Shown here: one piece after another, positions 46,847-56,289 of the stretch
Numbering within the stretch: the stretch's first letter is position 1
Layout: each line of letters opens with the position of its first letter
DNA from: Opitutia bacterium
GTDB lineage: Bacteria > Verrucomicrobiota > Verrucomicrobiia > Opitutales > T3Sed10-336
DNA length: 58,635 bases
NCBI GenBank assembly: GCA_003566375.1
Contig: PXDN01000313.1
Coordinates: 1-58,635, forward strand
Direction of reading: 5' to 3'
Position numbers and translations under genes: made by a program
Notes under the pieces: generated by a model
Databases searched by the model: none
Seen by the model: the letters and a program-made list of their open reading frames with translations, nothing else
Told to the model about the DNA's origin: nothing

Positions 46847-47011
46847 GATTAATTTGGTAGAATGTTATGCCCGAAACGGGAGAAGTGGGCGAGATCCAAT
46901 TCGCTCCCGCAACGGGTTTTTGCATTGGAATTGTTGGACGTGCCTAATAGTTCAAGCAATGAATTAAGTCGGCTTGGCAATGAATTGCAAGAATTATTTT
47001 GAAAAAACCGC

Positions 47012-47040
47012 TTGACGGAGTGTCGGCGGTCCACTTATTA
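47012..47040 (+). promoter_or_regulatory. Candidate sigma-70-like promoter of CBM-like paralogue 1
   Basis: GAAAAAACCGCTTGACGG ... TTATTA: TTGACG (47012-47017), 17 nt spacer, TTATTA (47035-47040). The same extended motif occurs upstream of paralogue 3 at 56216. Confidence 0.4.
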
Positions 47041-47087
47041 CATTGGATGAAATAATTGATTCCCTAACCACAACCCGAATCCCATTT

Positions 47088-47933
47088 ATGAAAACATTGT
47101 TAACCTGCATCACCATACTCATTGGATCCCTCTCCCTGGCCGCCTCCTCCCTGCTTATTGACGATTTTGACGGCTACGCGGACACCTTCGAACTTCAACT
47201 AAACTGGGGCTCCTTCGGTGTCGCGGCGACGGCGGGTCCCCCCGTTCTTCATCCCGGCGAAGGGGTGGACGGATCCAACGCGGCTCGCTTCGCGCTCGAT
47301 TGGAGGCAGGGGAACAACAACGCCAACGCCCGCCGCATCAATGTTAACGCCGACCTGAGCGGGTATGATGCCGTTTCGGTGGTTGCCTACATTACGACCC
47401 GGGAGACTTTTGACGAACCCGACAACCCCACCATTTTTAAAGTGGCCATTCAGGGGGCGAACGGTGACATTTGGCAAACTCCCACTCCCTTGGCCCCAAC
47501 AGTCGAGAATACCGACTACCAGACGTTTGTGTTTCCGCTTTCTGATTTGATTTTGGTGGTTGTTGGTGCCGGTGGCACTCTCAATGACACATTGTCCAAC
47601 GTGGACCAAATCCGCTTGCGGTTGGAAAATCCCCTCCCCACCGACAATAACAGCCGTCAGGATATTTTCTTTGACCGCGTGGAGGCGGTTATCTTGGAAG
47701 GCGGCGGAGGGGAAGGGGTGGAAATCCCCAACCTTAAAATCACCCAGGCCGTCGAGATCCACTTTGATACCATTGCCGGTCAGACTTACCAAATTCAAAG
47801 TTCCAAAGACTTGGATTCTTGGGAAAACGAAGGGGATTTGATCTCTGGCTCCGGCCAAGAGGTCAGCCGTCTCTTTTCTGTCCGTCAGGATCCGCCGAAA
47901 GCCTTCTTTCGTGTTTTGACAACCACACCGTAA
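47088..47933 (+). CDS. Secreted CBM-like beta-sandwich protein, paralogue 1 (C-terminal STDL-W/FFRV module)
   Basis: ATG 47088 gives the signal peptide MKTLLTCITILIGSLSLAASS. Motifs: DDFDGY...NWGSFG...GSNAARFALDWRQGNNNANARRINV...NPTIFKVAIQGANGDIWQTP...IRLRLEN. C-terminus YQIQSSKDLDSWEN...FFRVL. Confidence 0.75.
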   Translation: MKTLLTCITILIGSLSLAASSLLIDDFDGYADTFELQLNWGSFGVAATAGPPVLHPGEGVDGSNAARFALDWRQGNNNANARRINVNADLSGYDAVSVVAYITTRETFDEPDNPTIFKVAIQGANGDIWQTPTPLAPTVENTDYQTFVFPLSDLILVVVGAGGTLNDTLSNVDQIRLRLENPLPTDNNSRQDIFFDRVEAVILEGGGGEGVEIPNLKITQAVEIHFDTIAGQTYQIQSSKDLDSWENEGDLISGSGQEVSRLFSVRQDPPKAFFRVLTTTP

Positions 47934-47960
47934 ATCAATCACATCACAATTGTCCGGCAA

Positions 47961-47996
47961 ACGCGCCGCCCAAGGCTCCGGGCGGCGCGTTTTGTT
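47961..47996 (+). terminator. Rho-independent terminator
   Basis: ACGCGCCGCCC-AAGGCTCC-GGGCGGCGCGT followed by TTTGTT, 28 nt after the stop at 47933. Confidence 0.75.
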
Positions 47997-48146
47997 CGCC
48001 GAACAAGCATGCCGCTCGGAAAACCGAAGATCCTTCCAACGTTCATCCATGCAAAAGGAGCGAAAGCAACTTCGACAAAACAAGCGGGTTGGGTTTGGTA
48101 TGCGGGAGGACTCCCGATGCCCCGTCCGCGGATCATTTCCCCTTGC

Positions 48147-50915
48147 ATGAAGGTTTTTCCCCATCCATTTCGCCCCAGGTTTGGGGCCGCGGCCTTGTTA
48201 CTTTTCCTCTCCGTCTCCCCTGGCGGAACCGTTCCGTCAAACGCGCCGGATGAGGTGGTTGAGTTCGTGGCCCAGAATCTCCCCGCCCCGGCCAGCACGG
48301 CCATCGGAGCCCAAGCGCAGCGGGGGGTGTTGCGGGCCTTCCAGAATCATTACCCACATTATTTGATTAAGCCATTCGCCATGCCGCGGATCGGAGTGGA
48401 CGCGGCCATGGACAGCGGCCCGTTGATGGCCATCTCAGCGGGAATGGGCCCTCATGTGATTTCGGTCAACTTCCGCCAATCGGCCACTTACAACGAGCAA
48501 GGATTTCTGTTGCCGATGGAAATCCTGTTGGCCCGGGTTTTGAGTGAGAATCCCGTTGTTCGGGAAACCGATGGCAACGGTCGCTGGCTGGCCGACCCCA
48601 CCGCCGCGGAAATTGAGTCCGCTCTCTTGCAGTTGCGCCAGCGGGTTCCGGAGCAAGTGTGGCCGGTGGTTTACCGGGAGGATTTGACGGAACGCTCGGA
48701 TCGGAACCACGTGTGGACCTTGCCGACTTCCAATCTGGTCCGCGCTCTTTTTTATCGCAAAGACCACTTTCAAGAAGCCGGTTTGGATCCGGAGCGGGCA
48801 CCGGTGACTTGGGACGAACTGCTGGAATACAGCCGCATTCTCCATGACCCGGCCCGCCAGCGCCACGCCCTTGTTTTCACCCCGGGCACCACGATCAGTT
48901 ACGGCGCGTATCATTTTCTGGTGGCGTCGGGAGCAAGGGCGATGAAGCGGAATGAAAGCGGTGACTGGGAAGCGGCCTTTGCCGAACGCGGCGCGGCCGA
49001 AGGAATTCATTTTTTCTGGCGATTAATGCGGGAATCCCACGAACGAAACGGCGCGCGCATGGTTGGGTCAGCCTCCCTGCGGCCCGACGGGTTCCCGCTC
49101 TGGCGGCGGGGTCAGGTCAGCATGCGGTTCGCCGAATTAAACGAGGAGATGCTGGCCATCGCCTCTCCCCATCTGATCGGAATCGCTCCCGTCCCCGCCA
49201 ACGCCAGGGGAGAACGGGGAGGAGAATTGAATGCCGAAATGCTGGGAGTCTTCAGCGACAGTTCGCCCCGCCAGCAACTGGCGGCGATGCGATACATATG
49301 GTTTGTCACTGGAGAGGAAGCCCAGCGCATTCGAACCGAGACCTTCGTCAACCGCGGCTATGGCCAATTCGTTAACCCGGACTTACTCGAAAAATTCGGC
49401 TATGCCAGACTCTTGGAGCGGAGTTCGGCCGATTGGAGGGAGGCTTTTCAGGAAGCGCTGACCCACGGAGTGCCGGAACCGTACGGACGCAATACCCAAT
49501 TCATTTACCGTCTGATGTCGGTGCCCATCAACCAAGCGCTGGAAAGGGATTATAACCAGATATCCGATACGGAAGCGGTTGACGACATTCTCCATCTGCT
49601 CGAAAGAGCCGTCCAGGAAGTCAATTCGGTCGCGCTGGGAATCATCCCGCCGGAAGAAATGAGAAATCGCCGGATCGTGGCCTCGGCGCTGCTCGCTCTG
49701 CTGGCGGGAGCGTTTACGCTGGGCATTGGCAGCATTTGGCGCTCCTTCGGCAAGGCCGGGCCCAAAGTGGATTGGAAGAAGCACCGGCGCAATCTGCTCT
49801 GGGGTTGGGCGCTGTTAACTCCCGGTTTTGGCCTAATTCTTTTCTGGCAGTATGTCCCTTTGGTGATCGGCGGGTTCAGCATTACCTTCATGGATTATCG
49901 GGTAATCCTGGACAACACGTGGGTGGGAGTGGACAACTTCGCGGAAATTCTCCACGACCAGCGGTTCTGGCAGGCGCTGTGGCGGGAGTTTTATTTCGTG
50001 GCCCTCACCATTGGACTCGGATTCTGGCCTCCGATCCTGCTCGCCATTTTGCTGCAGGAGGTTCCGACCAACTTCGCCAAATACTTTTTCCGGACCGTTT
50101 TCTACCTCCCCTCCGTCCTGATCGGGATTGTTGTCATGTTCCTTTGGATGCAGTTGTTCGATCCCTCGCCCGCCGGGACCTTGAATCAAGTCCTGTTGGC
50201 CTTCAATAAACTCGGCCCCCTTCCGGCAACGCTGATCAAATGGTTGCTGCTGTCCATGTGGGGCTCCCTGATCGGGGTGCTGATCTGGTTGCCGATCCGG
50301 TTGGAGGAAATGCCAAAGGGACTGAAACTCTGCTTCTGGACGGCCGGGGCGGCCTTTATCGCCATCACCACGGTTCCGTTGATCGCCGCGTTCCGCGGGG
50401 AAGGAATCGCCGGGGGCATGGAGTTGGTCGGAACCTTGTGGGGGCGGTTCGAGCTCGAACCGCTCCGCTGGTTGCAGGATCCGGCCTTGGCGATGCTTTG
50501 CATTGTCATCCCATCGGTTTGGGCGGCCAGTGGTCCGGGTTGCGTGATTTATCTCGCCGGGCTCAAGAGCGTGCCGGATGAACTTTATTAAGCGGCAGCC
50601 ATCGATGGGGCCGGTTTTTGGCACCGGGTTTTTTATATCGTTTTGCCCCGGCTCAAGTTTTTGATCGTGCTGAATCTGATCGCCGCCATGGTCGCTGCTT
50701 TCAAAGGCGGCGCGGATCAAATTCTGGTCATGACCGGGGGCGGTCCAAACCAAGCGACGACCACGCTCTCCCTGGCGATTTTTTACCGCACCTTCATGGA
50801 TCTCGAATACGGGGTGGGAACGGCCATGGCTTGGATCATGGGCGGCATACTCATCGGTTTCACGGCCTATCAGATGAAGTTGCTTTCACGGGCTGAATTC
50901 AAAGCGGCAGGATAA
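48147..50915 (+). pseudogene. Solute-binding-protein / MalF-type permease fusion (CUT1-like ABC importer) interrupted by one in-frame TAA at 50589-50591
   Basis: ATG 48147 gives the anchor MKVFPHPFRPRFGAAALLLFLSVS. About 500 aa of SBP follow (LFYRKDHFQEAGLDPERAPVTWDELLEY), then a TM segment and permease core. The frame reads ...GLKSVPDELY*AAAIDGAGFWHRVFYIVLPRLKF... and continues to 50915, so track ORFs 48009..50591 and 50643..50915 are in the same frame. It could be a true pseudogene, a split gene or a sequence error. Confidence 0.6.
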
Positions 50916-50936
50916 CCGCGCTCCTTCATTTCAACC

Positions 50937-52847
50937 ATGCCGATTCTTCTCAAAGTAGAAGCCAAATCCGTCAAAGGACGCCTTTTCCAAGTCGCCACTT
51001 TTGCAGCCTTGTCGCTGGGGGGAATCACCATGATTTACCCATTTCTTCTGATGTTGTCGGGCTCTTTTCGCAGCGAACTGGACGAAAACGATCTGGACCT
51101 CGTGCCGGCCTTTTTCTTTCAAGATGACGTGCTGTATCAAAAATTCGTGGAGTTCAAGTATGAGCAGGACATAGGGATGTTCAACCGGGCTCACCTGCGG
51201 CGCGATTTTTCCTTTCGGTTGGTCGATACGCCCGGCGGGTGGTCTCCGGGAGCGGTGGCCGACCTGCGCCAGTTTTGGGAGGAAGCGGACCTTCCAACCC
51301 ACTGGCAAACCTTGGGCGGCGTGGAGGGAACGGACACCGTTCCCGAGAATCTGCGGATCTTGCGCCGCCGCTTGGCGGAGGCATTCGATAATGATCTGGA
51401 AGCGTTTTCCCGTGAATCCGGAACCGCCGTCACCAGTTGGACGCAGGCCGTCTTTCCCACGCCCGACTGGTTGTCCAACCGCTACGAACTGGAGCCTAAC
51501 ACATTCGCCAGCGAGTATTTCAAATTGCTAAAAGAGTCGCCGACGGCTGAGCGCCAGTTGGTCTCGCTGACCGGCTATTTTCTCGAGCTGATTCTTTATC
51601 CCCGTTATGGCGATGTGGAGACCGTGAACAGCCATTTTGGGTTAAGCCTCCAATCCTTGAACGAATTTCGCCTGCCGCCGACCCTGCCCGGATCGGGGCC
51701 GCCGGGAGAGGGTGTCTTTCAAACGCCCGACGCTAATCTGCTGAGATTCCAAACAGAATGGATCGACTTCATCCTGCTGGATTTGAACACCTCGTTTGTC
51801 TTGGTTGATGGAATTCCGCCCGAAAGGTATCAGGAATTTCTCCGAAAACGATATGCCGGAGGGATAACGGAATTGAATGCGTTTTGGGGAAGCGGTTTTG
51901 CCGGGTTTTCTGAACTTCCTTTGCCCGGCGGCGAGTATCTTCCGGGTGCCCCTCGGCAGGATTACAACGATTTCCTGAAAACCATCCCGCCCGCGCATTG
52001 GCGCCTGACCGGCCCGGAATTCGCTTGGCAAGATTGGCTTCGGCGCAAATACGACGGGCAAATCGAAGTGCTGAACAAAACCCACGGGCGCGGGCATCGG
52101 GCATTCGACCAAGTCTGGCTGCCCCTCGCCGACTTGGAATGGGAGCACACCTTGGAAAACAAGGCATTGCTCCGAAGGACGTTCTCCATCCGCAATTTCG
52201 TGAATGTGTTCGACGCGGTTTTCGTGGAAGGACGTGTTTTTGCCAACACTCTTATTTATTGTTCCCTTTCCGTTTTGCTGGCTCTCTTGATCAACCCCCT
52301 CGCAGCCTACGCGCTCTCCCGGTTTCGACTCCCGGGAACCTACAAGATCCTGTTGCTCATGATGGCGGTGATGGCGTTTCCCCCGATGGTGACGACCATT
52401 CCGGTTTTCATGATGATGAAAAACTTTGGCCTGATGAACACCTTTGCCGGCCTATTGCTGCCGACCATCGCAAACGGCTACCTGATCTATTTGCTCAAGG
52501 GTTTTTTCGACTCCCTGCCGCGCGAGCTTTACGAGGCGGCACAAATTGAAGGGGCTTCGGAGTTCCGCATGTTTTTTTCCATCACCATGGCCTTGAGCAA
52601 ACCGATTCTCGCCGTGGTCGGCCTGACCGCTTTCAATGCTTCCTACACCGTCTTTTTGTATGCGCTGATCATCGCGCCAGAACAGGAAATGTGGCTGTTG
52701 TCGGTGTGGCTTTACCAATACCGGGAATCGGTTTCCACGGCGGGCGTTTTCGCGTCGGTGCTGGTTGCGTCCCTTCCTCCGATTCTGGTTTTCCTCTTCG
52801 CTCAGAACATCATTCTGCGGGGCATCGTGGTGCCGATTGAGAAGTAA
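50937..52847 (+). CDS. MalG/UgpE-type ABC sugar permease with a ~390-aa insertion between TM1 and TM2
   Basis: 636 aa. TM1 is at aa ~17-44, followed by a soluble insert (nt ~51070-52235). The canonical core follows, with the EAA loop FFDSLPRELYEAAQIEGASEFRMFFSITM. Confidence 0.85.
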   Translation: MPILLKVEAKSVKGRLFQVATFAALSLGGITMIYPFLLMLSGSFRSELDENDLDLVPAFFFQDDVLYQKFVEFKYEQDIGMFNRAHLRRDFSFRLVDTPGGWSPGAVADLRQFWEEADLPTHWQTLGGVEGTDTVPENLRILRRRLAEAFDNDLEAFSRESGTAVTSWTQAVFPTPDWLSNRYELEPNTFASEYFKLLKESPTAERQLVSLTGYFLELILYPRYGDVETVNSHFGLSLQSLNEFRLPPTLPGSGPPGEGVFQTPDANLLRFQTEWIDFILLDLNTSFVLVDGIPPERYQEFLRKRYAGGITELNAFWGSGFAGFSELPLPGGEYLPGAPRQDYNDFLKTIPPAHWRLTGPEFAWQDWLRRKYDGQIEVLNKTHGRGHRAFDQVWLPLADLEWEHTLENKALLRRTFSIRNFVNVFDAVFVEGRVFANTLIYCSLSVLLALLINPLAAYALSRFRLPGTYKILLLMMAVMAFPPMVTTIPVFMMMKNFGLMNTFAGLLLPTIANGYLIYLLKGFFDSLPRELYEAAQIEGASEFRMFFSITMALSKPILAVVGLTAFNASYTVFLYALIIAPEQEMWLLSVWLYQYRESVSTAGVFASVLVASLPPILVFLFAQNIILRGIVVPIEK

Positions 52848-52882
52848 CCGGTTTTGCAATTATGCGGACCGGCCGCCGCGAT

Positions 52883-53686
52883 TCAATCCCGTCGAACCAA
52901 CACCCGGTAAAATTCGCGCAGATCCTGGCGGGTAGAGTAAAGACGGCTGACCAATTGGCAGTTGCCGGAAACCTCCTCCCCGTCGTTCACCCAAGATTCG
53001 AGGTCGGTGGATCGCTGAACCTGATAGAGGTGTCCCCAATCCGCCTCAAAAACCAATTCCACGGCTTCGTAAATCCGAACCCCGGGCACCTCGACGAGGT
53101 TGGCGACCAAATGGATCGAGTCGATGTACGCCAACTGCCCGGCACCCGCCTCGGGTGTATTTTCAAAACGGAGACGCATTGTTTTCAAGTTCGCCAAAGA
53201 AAACGCGCCTTGCGGCCCCATCTCGGATTCGGTTAAATGAAACGTTAGCTTTGAGTAATCGCCAATGCTGGGAACTTTGGCTTGGGGCGCTGTGGTCTGC
53301 CAAAACCCGCCGGCGTGATCCTCAAGCACCAAACGCAGAATCGTCGGGTTGGAGGGGGCACGGAGTCCGTGCGCCGTTTCGAGCCGAACCACCACCTCGA
53401 CCTGATGAAACGGAGTCCAGTTGGACACGGGGAGATTGATTCGGCGAAAGTTCGCGTTGTTCCCGGCTTCCCAGCGGAGCGGGCCCAATAACACATTGCC
53501 CCCGCCCGCGCCGTACTCCTCGCCCAGCTCAATCTCTCCCACCGCGAGTCCGAACCGTTCCCAGTTTCCCGCCATCGCCGCCGTGTGGGTATAATTGGAA
53601 AAATCGTCGAAACGCAGTGCTTGGGCAAAGCCGGGTGCGGCGCAAGCGAAAGCCGCGAAAAACAGGGCTGTATTCAATTTTATCAT
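52883..53686 (-). CDS. Secreted CBM-like beta-sandwich protein, paralogue 2 (C-terminal STDL-W/FYRV module)
   Basis: ATG 53686 gives the signal MIKLNTALFFAAFACAAPGFAQA. Motifs: DDFSNY...NWERFG...LRWEAGNNANFRRINL...NPTILRLVLEDHAGGFWQTT...MRLRFEN. C-terminus YQVQRSTDLESWVN...FYRVLV. Confidence 0.75.
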   Translation of the reverse strand: MIKLNTALFFAAFACAAPGFAQALRFDDFSNYTHTAAMAGNWERFGLAVGEIELGEEYGAGGGNVLLGPLRWEAGNNANFRRINLPVSNWTPFHQVEVVVRLETAHGLRAPSNPTILRLVLEDHAGGFWQTTAPQAKVPSIGDYSKLTFHLTESEMGPQGAFSLANLKTMRLRFENTPEAGAGQLAYIDSIHLVANLVEVPGVRIYEAVELVFEADWGHLYQVQRSTDLESWVNDGEEVSGNCQLVSRLYSTRQDLREFYRVLVRRD

Positions 53687-53756
53687 CACCGAAACGCGCT
53701 AAAATCTGGATTCATTTGCCGGACCTCCATGGTCTGCCATTCCATTCTGAAACGGA

Positions 53757-54764
53757 TTAGCGGCTTTTTTCCGTGAGATCCCGGAAGGTGCCGTAATGAT
53801 GAATCGCCATTCCGCGAAAGGAGGGATGGGTGGAGGCGGCCGCCTCAACTTCTTGCAGTGCGTTATCCAGATCAGCCCGCGTCAAGTGGCCAAAAGTTAC
53901 CGTTTCCGGAACGCCGCCACCGTCCGGCAATTTAGTTTCAACACCGATGAACACTCCCGTGGCGCCTTCGCAATCGGCAGCCGCGAGTTCTCCCCGGGAA
54001 AGAGCAAAAACGCTGTTCGGTCCGGTGGCGCGGTTGCGATAGGCCATGATGCCAATATTATCGACCATGCGAATCAGGTGGACCGCCAGGTTGGCCCGTT
54101 TGCCCTCGAATTCGATCTCAAACCGTGGATTTCCCGACAGGTCCAATCCGTCGAACCAAAAAGGAATATCCACGCCATAGGGCAAGCCCGGAGCCCTCGA
54201 CCGCATCAAGTCTATAATTTTCCGGTTCATCGATAAAAACTGGCCCATCACGGCCTGCCTGGATTCACCGCCCACCCGCCATTCGTCCAATGTGTACGGC
54301 TCGACATCCATGCGAATGGCCGCGAAGCGGTTGGAAGGATCGACGCTTTCGTTGTAATCGAGCACCGCCCGGACGCGCCCGAGCACATTTTGGTGGCGAT
54401 CTTCCAATGCGAAATTCGGAGCGCCGTCGAGCGCGTGCACCCGGATGCCCCGACCACCGGCCTCGCTAATGAAACCGCCCAACGTTTCCGGCCATAACAA
54501 ACGGTAAGAACCATCCGAATTTCGTTCGGTTACAATCTGCATGAACAGGTCGGTGATGCCTTCGGCGGTCGAGAAATCCAATAATTCGGCCAAGGCGGCG
54601 GGGTTTTGCAAATGGTCGCGCGCGCGCCAGACCCACATGGCCCGGTCTTTGTCGGCTTCTTCATGCAACCCGGCGGTTTCTTTTTTCTCCGCGGAAGGAG
54701 TTCCGAAAGTTGCCGGCGAAAATAAAACCAGAGCGGCGAAAACAGTGTGAAAAAACAATTTCAT
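53757..54764 (-). CDS. Secreted protein, possibly glycoside-hydrolase-like TIM barrel (function uncertain)
   Basis: ATG 54764 gives the signal peptide MKLFFHTVFAALVLFSPATFG. The alternating beta/alpha pattern (RAMWVWR..., GITDLFMQI, IRVHALDG, IRMDVEPY, YGVDIPFW, IGIMAYR) suggests a TIM barrel. I did not recognise a catalytic motif. Confidence 0.5.
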   Translation of the reverse strand: MKLFFHTVFAALVLFSPATFGTPSAEKKETAGLHEEADKDRAMWVWRARDHLQNPAALAELLDFSTAEGITDLFMQIVTERNSDGSYRLLWPETLGGFISEAGGRGIRVHALDGAPNFALEDRHQNVLGRVRAVLDYNESVDPSNRFAAIRMDVEPYTLDEWRVGGESRQAVMGQFLSMNRKIIDLMRSRAPGLPYGVDIPFWFDGLDLSGNPRFEIEFEGKRANLAVHLIRMVDNIGIMAYRNRATGPNSVFALSRGELAAADCEGATGVFIGVETKLPDGGGVPETVTFGHLTRADLDNALQEVEAAASTHPSFRGMAIHHYGTFRDLTEKSR

Positions 54765-54987
54765 GACTTTCAGATGCGTGGGTGATGCGAATGGTTCCAC
54801 GGCCAAGTGACCAATTTGATTCATGTGATGAAATTACATGGCCCGGCGCAAGTACGAAGATGGGGTGGCCTTGGCCATCCCGGTCGGTCGTGCCCGGTGG
54901 CGGATGGCACAGGGTGTCCAGTGGCTGGTGTTTTTATTTTCGTAACCGCCCCGGTGGAATTGCCTTTATGCTTTACTTGACGTGGAA

Positions 54988-56151
54988 ATGGGAGTTTCTA
55001 ACAGCATGGTGGCGGATTCGCTAACACACGGCTTGCACATGGATTTCCCTGAAATCAGCAATGCTTCACGTGAATTGACGGTGGCTCAAAAAAACCGCCT
55101 TTCGGTGTTGCACCGCTTGCTCAAAGACACCTGCTATTCCCAGAGGCGTTTGGCCGGGCTTCTTCACTTGCGGGCCTCGACGTTGTCCAACATCACCTCG
55201 GAATTGCGGGATGCTGGTTTGGTGGAGGAAGGCGAAGTCCTCTCCCTGAATCGAATCGGGCCGCCCGAACACGCGTTGCGCATTTGTCGTGATGCGGCAT
55301 GGGGTTGTGGACTGGAAATTGATCCCCGGGGAAATGTGTTCACTCTGGTCAACGGGCGTGGCGAAATCCTGGCCACGAAACGTTCCGCGGGCCGACTCCG
55401 TATCAAGACGGTGCTGGCCAAAATACCTGAAGAGGTGGATGACCTCAGGCGCAAAGCGGGCTTGGGAGACAATCCGCATGGCGGGCTCGGGGTCAGCATT
55501 CCCGGAATTGTGAATCACCGCAGCGGGGAGGTCGTATTTTCTCAAAGTTTTAATCTGCAAGGCTTTCCTCTCCGTGACCAACTTCAACCATCGTTTCCTT
55601 ATCCGATTTGGGTGGATCGTAACGTGATCTACGGGGCTTACCATGACAGCATTTGCGCCGAGGGTCGCCAGTGGGAAAATTTTGCCTATTTCTCCGCTCG
55701 TTCTCCACTCGGAAAAGGAAGCCGGTTGACCGATTACTCGCTGGGAATCGCTTTCGTAATAGGAAACCGGTTTTATCGGGGTTTCAATCATGCCGCCGGA
55801 GAATTGGATCATGAAATCTTCCCTGATTTGGTGAAAGAAAGCGGTCGTGTTGGTAAAAATGACGCCCTCTCCGTGCCATTCCGGGAGTATTGCACACGGC
55901 ATCTGGCCAGTGTGGTCAATTTGATGGATGTCGGAAAACTCATTGTGGCGGCCGACCCCGGTTTGCTCGACGCGGATGCTTTTCCCGCTTTTGAGCAGAG
56001 GTTGCGCGAACACCTTTTGCCAGTCTCCCAGCGTCATTTCACGGTGCGGTTGTCTTCCATCGGCCCCGCCGGAGTTAACATTGGAGCCGCCCTTTACGCC
56101 ATGCACCGCTCTTTGGAAAAAAGACTGTTGGCACACATGAAAGGCCAGTAA
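54988..56151 (+). CDS. ROK-family transcriptional regulator (NagC/XylR-like)
   Basis: N-terminal winged-HTH (NRLSVLHRLLKDTCYSQRRLAGLLHLRASTLSNITSELRDAGLVEE) followed by a ROK sugar-kinase-like fold (GLGVSIPGIVN...). The start is ambiguous (ATG 54988, 55006 or 55039). Confidence 0.8.
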   Translation: MGVSNSMVADSLTHGLHMDFPEISNASRELTVAQKNRLSVLHRLLKDTCYSQRRLAGLLHLRASTLSNITSELRDAGLVEEGEVLSLNRIGPPEHALRICRDAAWGCGLEIDPRGNVFTLVNGRGEILATKRSAGRLRIKTVLAKIPEEVDDLRRKAGLGDNPHGGLGVSIPGIVNHRSGEVVFSQSFNLQGFPLRDQLQPSFPYPIWVDRNVIYGAYHDSICAEGRQWENFAYFSARSPLGKGSRLTDYSLGIAFVIGNRFYRGFNHAAGELDHEIFPDLVKESGRVGKNDALSVPFREYCTRHLASVVNLMDVGKLIVAADPGLLDADAFPAFEQRLREHLLPVSQRHFTVRLSSIGPAGVNIGAALYAMHRSLEKRLLAHMKGQ

Positions 56152-56215
56152 CGCGCCGGGGGGATTCCCGTCCTGCCAGAATAATTCATCCGGTGAATCA
56201 TTTGCGGAAAACCTC

Positions 56216-56243
56216 TTGACGGGAACTTCCTCAGAACTTATTC
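56216..56243 (+). promoter_or_regulatory. Candidate sigma-70-like promoter of the paralogue-3/GH20 operon
   Basis: GGAAAACCTCTTGACGG ... TTATTC: TTGACG (56216-56221), 16 nt spacer, TTATTC (56238-56243). Just upstream is the small palindrome ATTCA-TCCGG-TGAAT (56184-56198), a possible operator. Confidence 0.4.
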
Positions 56244-56289
56244 CATTTAGTGAAGTAATAAACGACTTATTGCTTCACCCAATGAAATT

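Noticed and set aside
50589-50591. TAA reassignment or programmed read-through as the default explanation of the in-frame stop
   Set aside because: TAA clearly terminates neighbouring genes (47931-47933, 52845-52847), and I saw no obvious read-through context or downstream structure. A point mutation or sequencing error is more parsimonious. It is kept as a finding because of its position in the EAA motif.
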